In this document: positions 1-12,043 of the stretch, piece by piece
Numbering within the stretch: the first letter of the stretch is position 1
How the letters are laid out: each line of letters opens with the position of its first letter
Assembly: GCA_964016885.1 (NCBI GenBank)
Contig: OZ024744.1
Location: 2,542,001 to 2,606,000, forward strand
DNA from: Eledone cirrhosa
Lineage: Eukaryota
Direction: 5' to 3'
DNA length: 64,000 bases
Notes under the pieces: generated by a model
Database searches by the model: none
Told to the model about the DNA's origin: nothing
What the model saw: only the letters and a program-made list of their open reading frames with translations
Made by a program: the position numbers and the translations under genes

Positions 1-2
1 AT

Positions 3-1251
3 TTCGACGACTCTATTTGGATTAAAAAATCCAATAGTACCCCATTCGACGTGAGTATGGGCGCCAGTGATTCTGCGGAGGTTACTGATCTTATTGGCCT
101 TTTCCTTCTTTTCTCTATCAAGGACGAATTCCCCAACACGGGCGGTGGCTTGTACCGTGATGATGGTCTTTTGACCATGACTAAGTGCGGACCTCGTGCT
201 TGCGACAGGTTCAGAAAAGAACTCACAGCCTTCTTTAAAGGCTTCAACCTCTCTATACAGGTTGAGGCCAATCTCTCGGTCGTTAATTACCTCGACGTTA
301 CCCTCAATTTATTGAATGGGTTGTATTACCCGTATAGAAAGCCGAATGATACGCTTAATTACATAAGTAAGCATTCCAACCATCCTGCCAGCATAACCAA
401 GAACCTGGTACGAAACGTTTCGTTGAGGCTTTCCCGTCTTTCCACCAACGAGCGTATTTTCAACGACCATTCCACTTATTACAATGAGGCTCTTGCTCGA
501 AGTGGATTTGTCGATAAGGTAGCATATACAGAGTACGAAAATAAATAGACCTAGAAGTAATATACCCCGTCGCATTTTTTGGTATAACCCACCATATAAT
601 ATGGAGGTGGCCACACCATTAGCTAAGATCTTTCTTTCCCTTATTACGAAGCATTTTCCCCCTACACATAAATATAGTAAAATTTTTAATAGAAATACTA
701 TTAAAATTTCTTACTCTACGACTCCTAACCTTGCACATAACATCACAGCTTCAAATTTAGCTAAACTACCTAGCCGTAGGAACACGTGCAACCCTGTAGT
801 TAGTACTAACTGTAATTGTAGGAATCGGGCTGATTGCCCCCTATCCGGGAAATGCCTCTCTAGCAACATTGTCTACAAATGTAAGGTTGTAACACCCACG
901 TCCCGTAGGGCCTACATAGGGTTAACCGCCAATAGTTTCAAGCAGCGTCTTTACATGCACACCCATTCTTTTCGTTACCCTCTAAGAAGGAATATGACGT
1001 CACTTTCAGCTTATATCTGGAGTCTAAAAGACAACCACACCCAATATAAGTTACACTGGGATATCCTAGCTAGGGCTAGATCGTATAACGGAAATAAAAG
1101 ACCATGTGACCTCTGCACCGCTGAGGCCCTGGAAATACTCTACGCCACAGACCACATCTTAAATAAAAAATCTGAGGCAATTTCGGCTTGTAAACATAAA
1201 TTGCACAAAACTTTCCTGTATTACAGCCCCACGTTATACCCTGACGGATAG
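3..1251 (+). mobile_element. Penelope-like retroelement ORF (3' part: RT motifs, thumb/linker, Cys-rich region, GIY-YIG endonuclease), Naiad-like; 5' end lies outside the window; one frameshift at ~538-548
   Basis: Frame 3 is open from base 3: WIKK..FDVSMGASDSAEVTDLIGLFLL, YRDDGL (YRDD at 153-164), VNYLDVTLNL, PYRKPN, YISKHSNHP. Frame 1 continues from 541: RRIFWYNPPYN, KIFNRNTIKISYS, CNCRNRADCPLSGKC, IVYKC..AYIG (GIY-YIG), FKQRLYMHTHSF, CDLCTAE..LNKKSE..CKH. RT followed by a C-terminal GIY-YIG is the PLE architecture. The Naiad assignment is from remembered motifs, not a search. Confidence 0.92.
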
Positions 1252-1824
1252 GACGATCTATACGTGGATATTTTACGTCTTGATGTGGGAGCTAAGTATA
1301 TGTTTTGTTTATACCTTTACTTATTTGCATAGGTAAGTATATTTTACCCGTATGTTTTGTGAAGGTACGTATACCTTCTCGTACGTATATTTGATTGTTA
1401 TGGCGTATAATTTTATATATTCTGGTACATATGGTTTGGCTATGTGTATACGGGAGTTTTGCGTCTGTGTGAGTATGCAGGTTCGTAAGTTTGGTGGGTG
1501 TGTACTTCATGTTTTGGTTGACTTACGTCTCCGAACATTCGTGTATTTATATGTAGGTATGTGTGTGCGCTTGTTATATACGTATTTATTTATTTATATA
1601 CGTTTATATAATTATTTATTTATTTGTATACTCGCAAACACACACACACACATATTTATATGTGCGGGGTTTTGTATACCTATGGTAAGTTTTTGCGTAT
1701 GCTTGTGTATGTACGTATTTGTTTGCGTGTATGTATTTATTTATTTCTATTACTTCTGTATTGTATTTATTTACTTTGTTCTTAACTCTGAGGCGGAGAT
1801 TCATTTGGTCTCCTAGATAGAATT

Positions 1825-2090
1825 TTAGTCTACGACTTTTGCTATACCATTTACGTGGGTTTGTCTTTGCGAGCTATTGTTCTCCACGCTCCACATATGA
1901 CGTATTATCTTCGTTTTTTCGTTCATTGCCAGAGAACGTCTCTATGCACCACCTAAGAGAACATTAGTCTACGACCTCTTTTATACCATAAACGTGGTTC
2001 TGTCTTTGCGCGTAATTGTTTTTCACCACTCCTATTAATGACGTATTATATTCGTTTTTTCCCGTTCTTTGCCAGCGAACGTTTCCACGA
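1825..2090 (+). repeat. Diverged tandem duplication, period ~139 bp
   Basis: TTAGTCTACGAC..TATACCAT..ACGTGG..TGTCTTTGCG..ATGACGTATTAT..TTCGTTTTTTC..GTTC.TTGCCAG.GAACGT occurs at ~1825-1948 and ~1964-2090. Confidence 0.85.
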
Positions 2091-2156
2091 ACCAAAGTAT
2101 CGTCTTCCTGTCTTCCTCCGGTTTCAACGTTTTTTGAAATATCCAGTTCTGCGTTT

Positions 2157-2232
2157 ACAGATTGACTTTGTTAGTTTCAGAAGATCCCGTTAAGGGTGAA
2201 AGCAGCGATTCTTTGCTTAAACTTTAATCTGT
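2157..2232 (+). ncRNA. Type I hammerhead ribozyme motif (core variant CAGAAGA) in the PLE 3' region
   Basis: Stem I AGUUU(2173-77)/AAACU(2219-23) plus distal ACAGAUUGA/UUAAUCUGU around a 7-nt bulge. Core CAGAAGA (2178-84). Stem II U-CCC-guuaa-GGG-U. GAAA (2198-2201). Stem III GCA/UGC. Predicted cleavage CUU after 2218. Confidence 0.75.
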
Positions 2233-2334
2233 TATTTTAATAAATATTTGCTCTACGGTTCTTATATATTTGATATATATTTATCCTTATCGAGCCATCT
2301 TTGGATTTTTGTCTTCAAATTTATTATTATTACT

Positions 2335-2382
<48 letters not shown>

Positions 2383-2386
<4 letters not shown>

Positions 2387-2651
2387 TACAGTTAGGTATA
2401 TTAAGACAGGGGGAAGAAAAAAATGGCTTCACTTGTGCTTTCAACAAATTTAATTTCTTCACAAAATCCAAAAATAATTTTTTTCCGGATTATAAAAATT
2501 TTTTTAAAAGATATTTTTTTATATAAATTAAGTTGAAAAAATTTCTTTTAAAACAAGTTTTTCTAATCCGGAAAAAAATTCTTTTTGGATTTTGTGAAGA
2601 AAATAAATTTGTTGAAAGCACAAGTGAAGACATTTTTTTCTTCCCCCCTGT

Positions 2652-2655
<4 letters not shown>
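2383..2655. mobile_element. Short foldback element (family B, truncated copy) between two (TA)n runs
   Basis: 2402-~2500 is the reverse complement of ~2560-2655 (TAAGACAGGGGGAAG..CCGGATTA / TAATCCGG..CTTCCCCCCTGTCTTA). The same sequence recurs at 3711-3870 and 4390-4512. Confidence 0.8.
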
Positions 2656-2736
<81 letters not shown>

Positions 2737-2820
2737 TTGTGAGGGGAGAGCCATTACGGGAAAGAATGAAAAGAAATTTCCTTTCTCACTCTTAGTAAAG
2801 CTGATACGTAAATCATCTGG

Positions 2821-2879
2821 CAGGAAGGTATACGGTGCTGACGATAGGTAATAAGCTTGAAACTAGTACATCGTTCCTG
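2821..2879 (+). ncRNA. Minimal type I hammerhead ribozyme, palindromic stem III
   Basis: Stem I ACGGUG/CAUCGU plus CAGGA/UCCUG. CUGACGA (2838-44). Stem II U-AGG-uaauaa-GCU-U (one mismatch in this copy). GAAA (2859-62). ACUAGU palindrome. Cleavage GUA after 2868. Confidence 0.85.
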
Positions 2880-3001
2880 TGTCAGTGTTGAACAAAAAGA
2901 TGACGATGGTTGCCTAAACACTGTACGGCGTAATTCGGGCTGTCTGGTTGTTTACAAACAAACAAACAGAACATTATAATAAATGTTCGGTAAACCCATA
3001 C

Positions 3002-3070
<69 letters not shown>

Positions 3071-3138
3071 CATGTATGTATATATATACATACTACTGTA
3101 CGTCTGTATACAAATATGTATGTACGTATACATACATA

Positions 3139-3209
<71 letters not shown>

Positions 3210-3474
3210 GGAATAGAATGAAACGAAATTTCATTTCTCACTCTTAGTACGGCACTTACTTAAATGTAAGTATGTATGTATACGTACATACATATATGTA
3301 TACAGACGTACAGTAGCATGTATATATATACATACAGGCACACATATATATATGCACGTATCAGTTTACCGAACATTTATTATACTCGGTTTGTTCGTTT
3401 GTAAACAAACAAACAGCCTGATTACACCGTACAGTGTTTAGGCAACCACGTCACCATTTTGTTCAACACTGACA

Positions 3475-3533
3475 CAGGAACGATGTACTAGTTTCAAGCT
3501 TATTAGCTATCGTCAGCACCGTATACCTTTCTG
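3475..3533 (-). ncRNA. Minimal type I hammerhead ribozyme (second family C copy, intact stem II)
   Basis: Reverse complement reads CAGAAAGGUAU-ACGGUG-CUGACGA-U-AGC-uaauaa-GCU-U-GAAA-CUAG-UA-CAUCGU-UCCUG. Confidence 0.88.
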
Positions 3534-3661
3534 CCAGATGGTTGAACGTCCGAAAGTATATACTTTCCTTATGAAAATTAACGGCTGAGCAGCCTAATTT
3601 GCATATCGAGCTACTGTACGTCTGTATACATATATGTATGTACGTATACATGCATACTTAC

Positions 3662-3690
<29 letters not shown>

Positions 3691-3695
<5 letters not shown>

Positions 3696-4504
3696 AAATG
3701 TGTGTAATCGTTGGTACAGTTAGGTATATTAAGACAGGGGGAAGAAAAAAATGGCTTCACTTGTGCTTTCAACAAATTTATTTTCTTCACAAAATCCCAA
3801 AAGAATTTTTTTCCGGATTAGAAAAAAAATTTTTTTTTTTTTCTTAAAAAATTTTTTTATAAATTAAGTTGTTGGTTGTTGGTTAGGTCTTAGGAGTTCT
3901 TAGTTAACGTAGGAGGTATTGTTTCGTTTTTAGAAAGACCTTTCACGCTGAGGTGCGCTTGTGAAACTGATGTGTATGTGGCGTGTTGTTCTATATATAG
4001 GGATTTAACATGTCTGCGGTTTTCCTATGGCCATTTTCGATACAAAGGAATACTAAAAGCTTTTTCCCCTGAATAAAGGAATTTTTCGAGAATGACCGGG
4101 GCAGGCCGCACTTGCTACATTTCTCCCCACCCAACCCTACTCACTGTCTCAACTCATTACTGCTATTAACATTTTTTCAACACACCTACACCCCTACACT
4201 TATTAAAGGGGGAGAGAAAAAAAAAAAAAAAACCCCACGACACCACAGACATGTTAAATCCCTATATATAGAACAACACACCACATACACATCAGTTTGA
4301 CAAGCGCACCTCAGCGTGAAAGGTCTTTCTAAAAACGAAACAATACCTCCTACGTTAACCAAGACCTCCTAAGACCTAACCAACAACCAACAACTTAATT
4401 TATAAAAAAAAAAATTTTCAAGAAAAAAAATTCTTTTGGGGTTTTGTGAAGAAAATAATTTTGTTGAAAGCACAAGTGAAGCCATTTTTTTCTTCCCCCC
4501 TGTC

Positions 4505-4512
<8 letters not shown>
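3691..4512. mobile_element. Family B foldback element: ~270-295-bp inverted arms, ~220-bp spacer, flanked by (TA)n
   Basis: 3725-4020 is an inverted match of 4242-4512. The left arm has an extra ~35-bp terminal tail (3691-3724), an asymmetry like PLE inverted pLTRs rather than symmetric TIRs. Confidence 0.8.
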
Positions 4513-4552
<40 letters not shown>

Positions 4553-4553
<1 letters not shown>

Positions 4554-4821
4554 TGGTGGAACACTGGAAGGTAATATCCGTAGTGGTAGAGCACTCAGTC
4601 CAAGGGACGAGTTAGGTAGAAGTGTTTACACAACAGGAAAGACAACCGTACGAACGCGCATGCGCAGAAACTCGGTCACTTCACACAGGCAATAGTAGAC
4701 TGCGTGCGGGGGTTGTACGGTTGTCCTTCCTGTTCCTATAACCATATACATCCCGAGCTGAAGATCCGCGAAGGTGAAACAATTGTTCTCGGTATGGTGA
4801 ACTAACTGTTGTGTAACCACT
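4553..4821 (+). mobile_element. ~270-bp structured, hammerhead-containing element in (TA)n (solo pLTR or retrozyme-like)
   Basis: Bounded by (TA)n on both sides and GC-richer than the flanks. Contains a long hairpin (4632-4734) and an HHR (4741-4798). Confidence 0.75.
4741..4798 (+). ncRNA. Type I hammerhead ribozyme, palindromic stem III
   Basis: Stem I CCGAG/CUCGG plus ACCAUA/UAUGGU around a 6-nt bulge. CUGAAGA (4758-64). Stem II U-CC-gcgaa-GG-U. GAAA (4776-79). AACAAUUGUU palindrome. Cleavage GUU after 4787. Confidence 0.9.
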
Positions 4822-4840
4822 TATATATATATATATATAT

Positions 4841-6600
<1,760 letters not shown>

Positions 6601-6725
6601 ATCATAACTTGTGTGTTACACCTCTATTCTTTTATATATATATATATGCTTCATTTCACGTGTCTCCAATCAGTACAGTTGAAAAAGCCGAGTAGCAGCA
6701 TCAGATGGAGTTTAACGAAAATTGG

Positions 6726-7145
6726 ATTGAAGGTGTGAATTGACATAACTGAAGTTGTTTCTGAATGTATTAAATTATGTAGGGGACCTTTAAGTCATGA
6801 CACCGGTGTCAACTAGACAGTGGAAAGTTATCTACAATGGCTCCATCGTTATAACTTATATCCACATTTATGTTTAACAAAATACTTCTTTACATTTCCA
6901 TTTCTTAAATATTTTATTACCTTTAATATTGTGTTTTGTTTTAATATGAACAGCTATGTAAAATTAATAATGTTATTTATACAAATCTGAATAAAGAACT
7001 AACTTATAGATTGAAGGTGTGATGTAATATAACTGATGTTGTTTCTGAATGTATTAAACTATGTAGGAGACTTTTAAGTCATGACACCGGTGTCAACTAG
7101 ACAGTGAAATATTACCATTTATATCAGCTCCATTGTTACAACTTA
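6726..7145 (+). repeat. Dispersed direct repeat ~135 bp (6726-6858 / 7009-7145) containing the palindrome TGACACCGGTGTCA
   Basis: GATTGAAGGTGTGA..GTTGTTTCTGAATGTATTAAA..TTTAAGTCATGACACCGGTGTCAACTAGACAGTG is present twice. Confidence 0.85.
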
Positions 7146-7465
7146 AACCTCATCTAATTTTATCTTTTATGGTGATTATTTCATATTAAGGTGAACGTTA
7201 ATGTTTGTAAATAACATAAGGTGACTTATTTACCTTATAGTTGTTGTTTTATCACCTGTATTATTAAATATTGAAGTGGTTGTTCAACATTTTACAGGAC
7301 AGGAAAATATTATTTTAATCAGAAATCAGTGAACATTTAGTTTTTACTAACTTTTCTTGACTTTATAGTTGGTCTTGAAAACTAAAGTACGTATTATTTC
7401 GTTTTCCACCAGAACACAAACATTGTGAACTTTTCTATCTGAAGTGAATATCTTGATTCATTACA

Positions 7466-7497
<32 letters not shown>

Positions 7498-7513
7498 ACG
7501 CACACGCACACGC

Positions 7514-7592
<79 letters not shown>
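7466..7592. repeat. (CA)n/(CACACG)n microsatellite
   Basis: Direct reading. Confidence 0.97.
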
Positions 7593-7594
<2 letters not shown>

Positions 7595-7804
7595 GTCTAT
7601 TTCTCTCTCTCATACTTACACACTGTATGTCTGTATATATATATATTAACCTTCATCTTTTGAAATTATTAATTCTTTTGTCACCTGAACTGTCCCCAAT
7701 AACAAGAACCTTAACTATAAAAGACTGATTCGTCTGTTTTATGAGCTGAGGATGTTATTGTGAATAGAGCTTCTCTCACCTTAACAAAAATAAAAAATAC
7801 ACAC

Positions 7805-7861
7805 ATTAATGATCTCAGGAATTAATGATCTCAGGAATGCCATGATCTCAGGAATGCCATG
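7805..7861 (+). repeat. Short tandem repeat, 16-17-bp unit ATGATCTCAGGAAT x3
   Basis: Direct reading. Confidence 0.85.
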
Positions 7862-8646
7862 CAAGATCGTGACATCTAAAAAAGAAGAGTAGAATTGTTC
7901 TGGCCAATCGACATGACCTAATAAATCTAAATTATAATAAAGTTACAAGCGCTGGACTGCGTACAGTTTATAATTGTTTATCCCATTAGTGAAATAAGTT
8001 GAATTAATTTGAATAAATAATGAATGAATATTACTTAATTTATCTACTAAATTTCGTGGCTGTTGATTAAATATATTTTGTTTATTTAAATATTCACTTC
8101 TTTAAAATTTCTGAAATGTCAACACTTCCGGTTAGCCATCGCTTAAATAAACATTCATATTTCCGTCACTAATTTCCTCCTAATGCACTTTATATATAAT
8201 ATCGTCTTTTTTTAATGTATCATGGATTACGTTACTGATTAAATAAGACAGTGTAACGCAGTCTTCGTTCAATTTCTGTGTATTATATATTGTCAATTAC
8301 GATTTTATTTGATGTATCATATCTACATGTATATATACCTTCGTATAATATCAATATGCACACTACACATGCTAACAGAAAATAATAATAATATTAATAT
8401 ATATTGATGAACATTTATTATGGTGAAATATGTTGCAAATCATTCTCAGAGGTTTTGTATTGTAATTAACAAATACACCCTGTAGAAAGTACCCCTTCAT
8501 ATTATTTGTCATTAAGGGCTATTACAGAGACACAATCTCATTTCATTGTTGAGGGTGGTGGATTTGCAGAATCAGTAGAGTGTCAGACGATATGATTTGT
8601 GTCATAATGTTACAGCCCTTTATGTTCTGGGTTTAAATCATGCCAT

Positions 8647-8898
8647 GGTCAACTTTGACTTTCATCCATTCAAGGTTGATAAAAAACAGTAACAGTAATG
8701 CACTGGGCCTGATTTAATTGGCATTCCCCTTTCTCTTCAAATTGCTGGCCTTGAGTTAAAGTAGAAACATTTATTTAGAGTCTATAAAACAATAGATAGA
8801 ATGCTTTCTGCCATATTTATCCTGGTTCTCTGCTCTGTGAGTTTAAATCCTGCTGAGGTCAACTTTGACTTTCATCCATTCAAGGTTGATAAAAAACA
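8647..8898 (+). repeat. ~42-bp exact direct repeat (8647-8688 / 8857-8898)
   Basis: GGTCAACTTTGACTTTCATCCATTCAAGGTTGATAAAAAACA occurs twice, each followed shortly by CACTGGG. Confidence 0.85.
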
Positions 8899-9904
8899 AT
8901 ACCAGTCTATCACTGGGGTCTGTTCTTCCTCTCTATATTTCTATCTCACTTCCTCCCTCTTATTCTCTCTCCTTCTCTGGAAGAAATCAACTGTTCAAAC
9001 CTGGAGAGTGAAGGGCTCCACCAAGCTTCAAATGTCCAGTGACACCCCTATGACTACATCTTAAAAAAAAAAAAAAAACATTGATGTGTTTCTATGTGTT
9101 TACTTTGTAAACCTTAACTGGTTTATATTTATATTTATGACAAAATATCCACATGTGTAAATAAAAACAATTGCATAACTTTAATATTTGTTGGATGGTA
9201 CTTTCATGACAGTTGAAATTTTGACATTTTAAAAAAATAATTCACATTTGAAAATACTTTACAACTTTCTTCTCTTTTTTTTTACCCATTTTTTTCTGAG
9301 AGGGTTGTAGAGGGTAGAGTCCTCACACACCCTTCTAGGTCATATGTGTGTAAAATTTTCTCTTTACATTACACACACACAACAACACATCACTCTGCAC
9401 ACACACCACATCAAAACACCACACTACATAACCACACCACAACATATACAAACCAGGTAGTTATACCAACCAAGTATCTTGATCTTAGTAATTTTTTTGT
9501 AATAAATCTCAACATCTCAGTTCTTACCAAGTGGAGTGGAATCATCAGATTGGACCAAGGAAACAATGTTTCCATTGGTCTTTACAATTGATGATATTGA
9601 ATAGGATTAGAAAGAAAGAAAAAAAAATAGAGAATATATTTATTTGCCGTTGTTTTGCCAAACGATGCCAAAAGCCATTGACCTGCATCTTTGGTCAAGA
9701 AGGCCATTGGAGCGTCACTCACAGAAGCTGATACAGCAGCCAGCTTGACAGCCGATATAGTTAGCACCAACAATTATCACTACCATTAACAAGAGGAAGG
9801 CAACAACAGAAGCAGTGACAAAAACAACGACCCCGCATCTTTGGTTAAAGAAGGTGTTCGAGCCCCAGCAACCAACCTGGCAGCCCGAATAGGAATCAGT
9901 TTCA

Positions 9905-10150
9905 ACTACCACCATCATCAACAAGAAGAAGGCAGTGACAGCAGCGGTGACATTAACAACAACAATATATATGTGTATACACCAACGACTTACCAACAAA
10001 CACTACCATCAACAAGAGGAAGGCAGTGACAGCAGCGGTGACATTAACAACAACAATATATATGTGTATACACCAACAACTAACCAACAAACACTACCAC
10101 TTCCATTAAGAAGAGGAAGCCAACTCCAGCATCAGTGACAATAACAACAA
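9905..10150 (+). repeat. 91-bp tandem duplication with degenerate neighbours (also ~9780-9830)
   Basis: GGCAGTGACAGCAGCGGTGACATTAACAACAACAATATATATGTGTATACACCAAC at 9931 and 10022. Confidence 0.85.
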
Positions 10151-10559
10151 CACATATGTTTTCAGGATTGAAAGACTCACCTTTAGCCACAAGGTTCTAT
10201 GAGAAACTGCTAACATGCTCGCATGTGTGCGTGCTGAACTCTGGGTCTTCCTGCTGGGAACAACCCCCTGCTTTCTTATTTGCTAACATTTTACTTTCTT
10301 GTGTGTCCCCCTCCATGCACCCCCTTCTTTTCTCTCTTGTCTTCTGATGCCTCCATATCTGATGTAGGTGAGCTATGAGGCCCGCTTATCAGCACTTTCC
10401 CTTCCACCCTCACGCCCCATCCTCCATCCCCACCAGTCGACACCTGCAGCACCTCGCATATTGGAGATGTAGAAACTGTCTCTTCGCCTCGACTGCCCAA
10501 CCATGGCCCTCTAGCACACCAACTGATGAGACAGCAACCTTGCCTGATGCCCAAGCCTC

Positions 10560-11500
10560 ACTGGTCATCATCGCCTGGCTCAGGCGGTGCCAGTAGATCC
10601 CACTCAGGATCCTGAGAGCAGCCCGGGTGCCGGTAGCCGATGCCCTTGGTTCCTCGATTAGGAGTGCCCTGGAATCCAATCGAACTAGCGACTGGGTGCG
10701 ACTCTTCTAATTCGTCCCACTCGCCCTCGGCCTCCCCATCTCTGGCGCTGTCCGAGGCGGCCGGTCGACAGCAGCCTATGTCAGGGCCAATGTTTCGTCC
10801 TTTGGGTAAGTGCCCATTCCAAGCGTGCCTAAGGATACCACACAACCCGCTCTCGGGTGCCCCCAATCCTCCATCCCTGAGGCCAGCACCAAGCGTGTGC
10901 GTGACCGTGTAAACACCAAATTAATCATGGGTGATGTCTCGGCTGCAGTCAGAGCGGTTGCCTCGGAGGACACTGTCCTCCAACCCACCGAGGAGATCCT
11001 AGCTGCTCTGCGACTCAAGCACCCTGAGCCACTCGCTGATCTCAGACCCATAGCCCCACCCAATCCCCACTTGCTTCTTGTGGCTTCCAATGCAGACATC
11101 ATGTCCGCCATCAAGTCCTTCCCAGCTAGCAGCAGCGGAGGTGCTGATGGTATCCGGCCTGGCCACCTCAAGGTGCTGCTATCCCCCTTCTCCGCTGAGG
11201 CTGGTTGCTGCCTTCTGAGTGCAATTGTAGCACTCACCAATAGGCTAATCCATGGCGCCCTGGACCCTCACGCCCAAGGCCTCTTTTTCGGCTAGCCTGA
11301 CCGCTCTGAGGAAGAAAGAGGGTAGCATACGCCCCATCTCTGTGGGCAATGTCTTCCAGGGGCTGGCTGCTAAGCTGGTCTGCAGGTCCATAACACCTGA
11401 ACTGGGTGAGGAGTTCAGTCTGGTGCAACTGGGTGTCTGCGTGTGAGGGGGCCACACATGTAACCAGGCAGTTCTTCAACAGGTGCCCACTGGAACTTGC
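10560..11500 (+). pseudogene. Decayed CRE/SLACS-like (R2-group) non-LTR retrotransposon fragment: pre-RT region and N-terminal RT
   Basis: RILRAARVPVADAL..W.RLF*F, KLIMGDVSAAVRAV, LRLKHP, AIKSFPASSSGGADGIRPGHLK, then after a frameshift (~11290) ASLTALRKKEGSIRPISVGNVFQGLAAK..QLGVCV*GG. It has stops and frameshifts and is truncated before the catalytic YxDD motif. GC-rich island. The clade call is from motif recall. Confidence 0.8.
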
Positions 11501-11793
11501 ATCCAGGGACTCCACGCACATCATTGTCAATGTGGTTGGCATTAGGAAGGGTATACAGCCATAGAAAACCAGCCAGAAACACCCCTATATGAGGTGTCAC
11601 GGTCACCCGACACAAGTTGCCTCAAAATAGGACCTGTGTAACCCATGGAAGATAGATGTTAATCGATGATGGTGATGATGATGATATATATGTAGCGTAT
11701 ACATAGTATGTATAGTGCATATATATATATATGATAAATGCTGGTGTCAAGCTGTTTCAGCCATTCCTCTGGACATTATATATAGTGTATGTA

Positions 11794-11794
<1 letters not shown>

Positions 11795-11873
<79 letters not shown>
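11795..11873. repeat. (TA)n microsatellite (others at ~2337-2382, 2655-2733, 3007-3060, 3141-3206, 3666-3690, 4509-4552, 4822-4840)
   Basis: Direct reading. Confidence 0.97.
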
Positions 11874-11877
<4 letters not shown>

Positions 11878-12043
11878 AATTAGTATATCTAGTAACATAT
11901 ATATACACAGATGCATACTTATGTTAGCAAATATATAGGTTTTGTCTTAGTAACTATGTGGTTCAATGCATGGGGTTGCAGAACAATAATATGAGAGACG
12001 TAAAATAAGAAAATTATAAAATTAACTTACTTACTTAAATTTC

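Larger units (their letters stand above)
1252..2336 (+). mobile_element. Probable 3' UTR / pseudo-LTR of the PLE
   Basis: TG/T-rich low-complexity tract after the stop (~1290-1790), then a diverged ~139-bp duplication, an HHR motif (2157-2232) and AATAAA (2239-2244), ending at a (TA)n run from ~2337. Confidence 0.65.
2737..3666. mobile_element. Family C: hammerhead-containing non-coding element, two diverged copies tail-to-tail plus fragments
   Basis: 2814-~3140 is an inverted, diverged match to ~3265-3540. 2757-2797 is repeated directly at 3209-3249. The tail 3093-3141 is repeated at 3611-3666. AATAAA at ~2978 precedes the TA-rich tail. Confidence 0.8.

Noticed and set aside
1890-2090. SECIS elements in the PLE 3' UTR (ATGAC motifs in the duplication)
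   Set aside because: No AAR apical loop or GA quartet partner is evident, and the visible ORF has no in-frame UGA.
4438-4485. Hammerhead-like GUGAAGA..GAAA in family B arms (also ~2593-2630 and the - strand copies)
   Set aside because: C3 is absent, stem II is weak and there is no valid NUH triplet before the putative stem I. At most a degenerate remnant.
4575-4620. tRNA/SINE head (GTAGTGGTAGAGCAC resembles an A box)
   Set aside because: No B box (GTTCRA) or cloverleaf downstream.
7741-7780. CUGAGGA..GAAU motif, and likewise UUGAUGA..GAAA at ~8404-8435 and CUGAUGA at ~10523
   Set aside because: Each lacks stem II, stem I or the GAAA element, and none sits in a repeated element.
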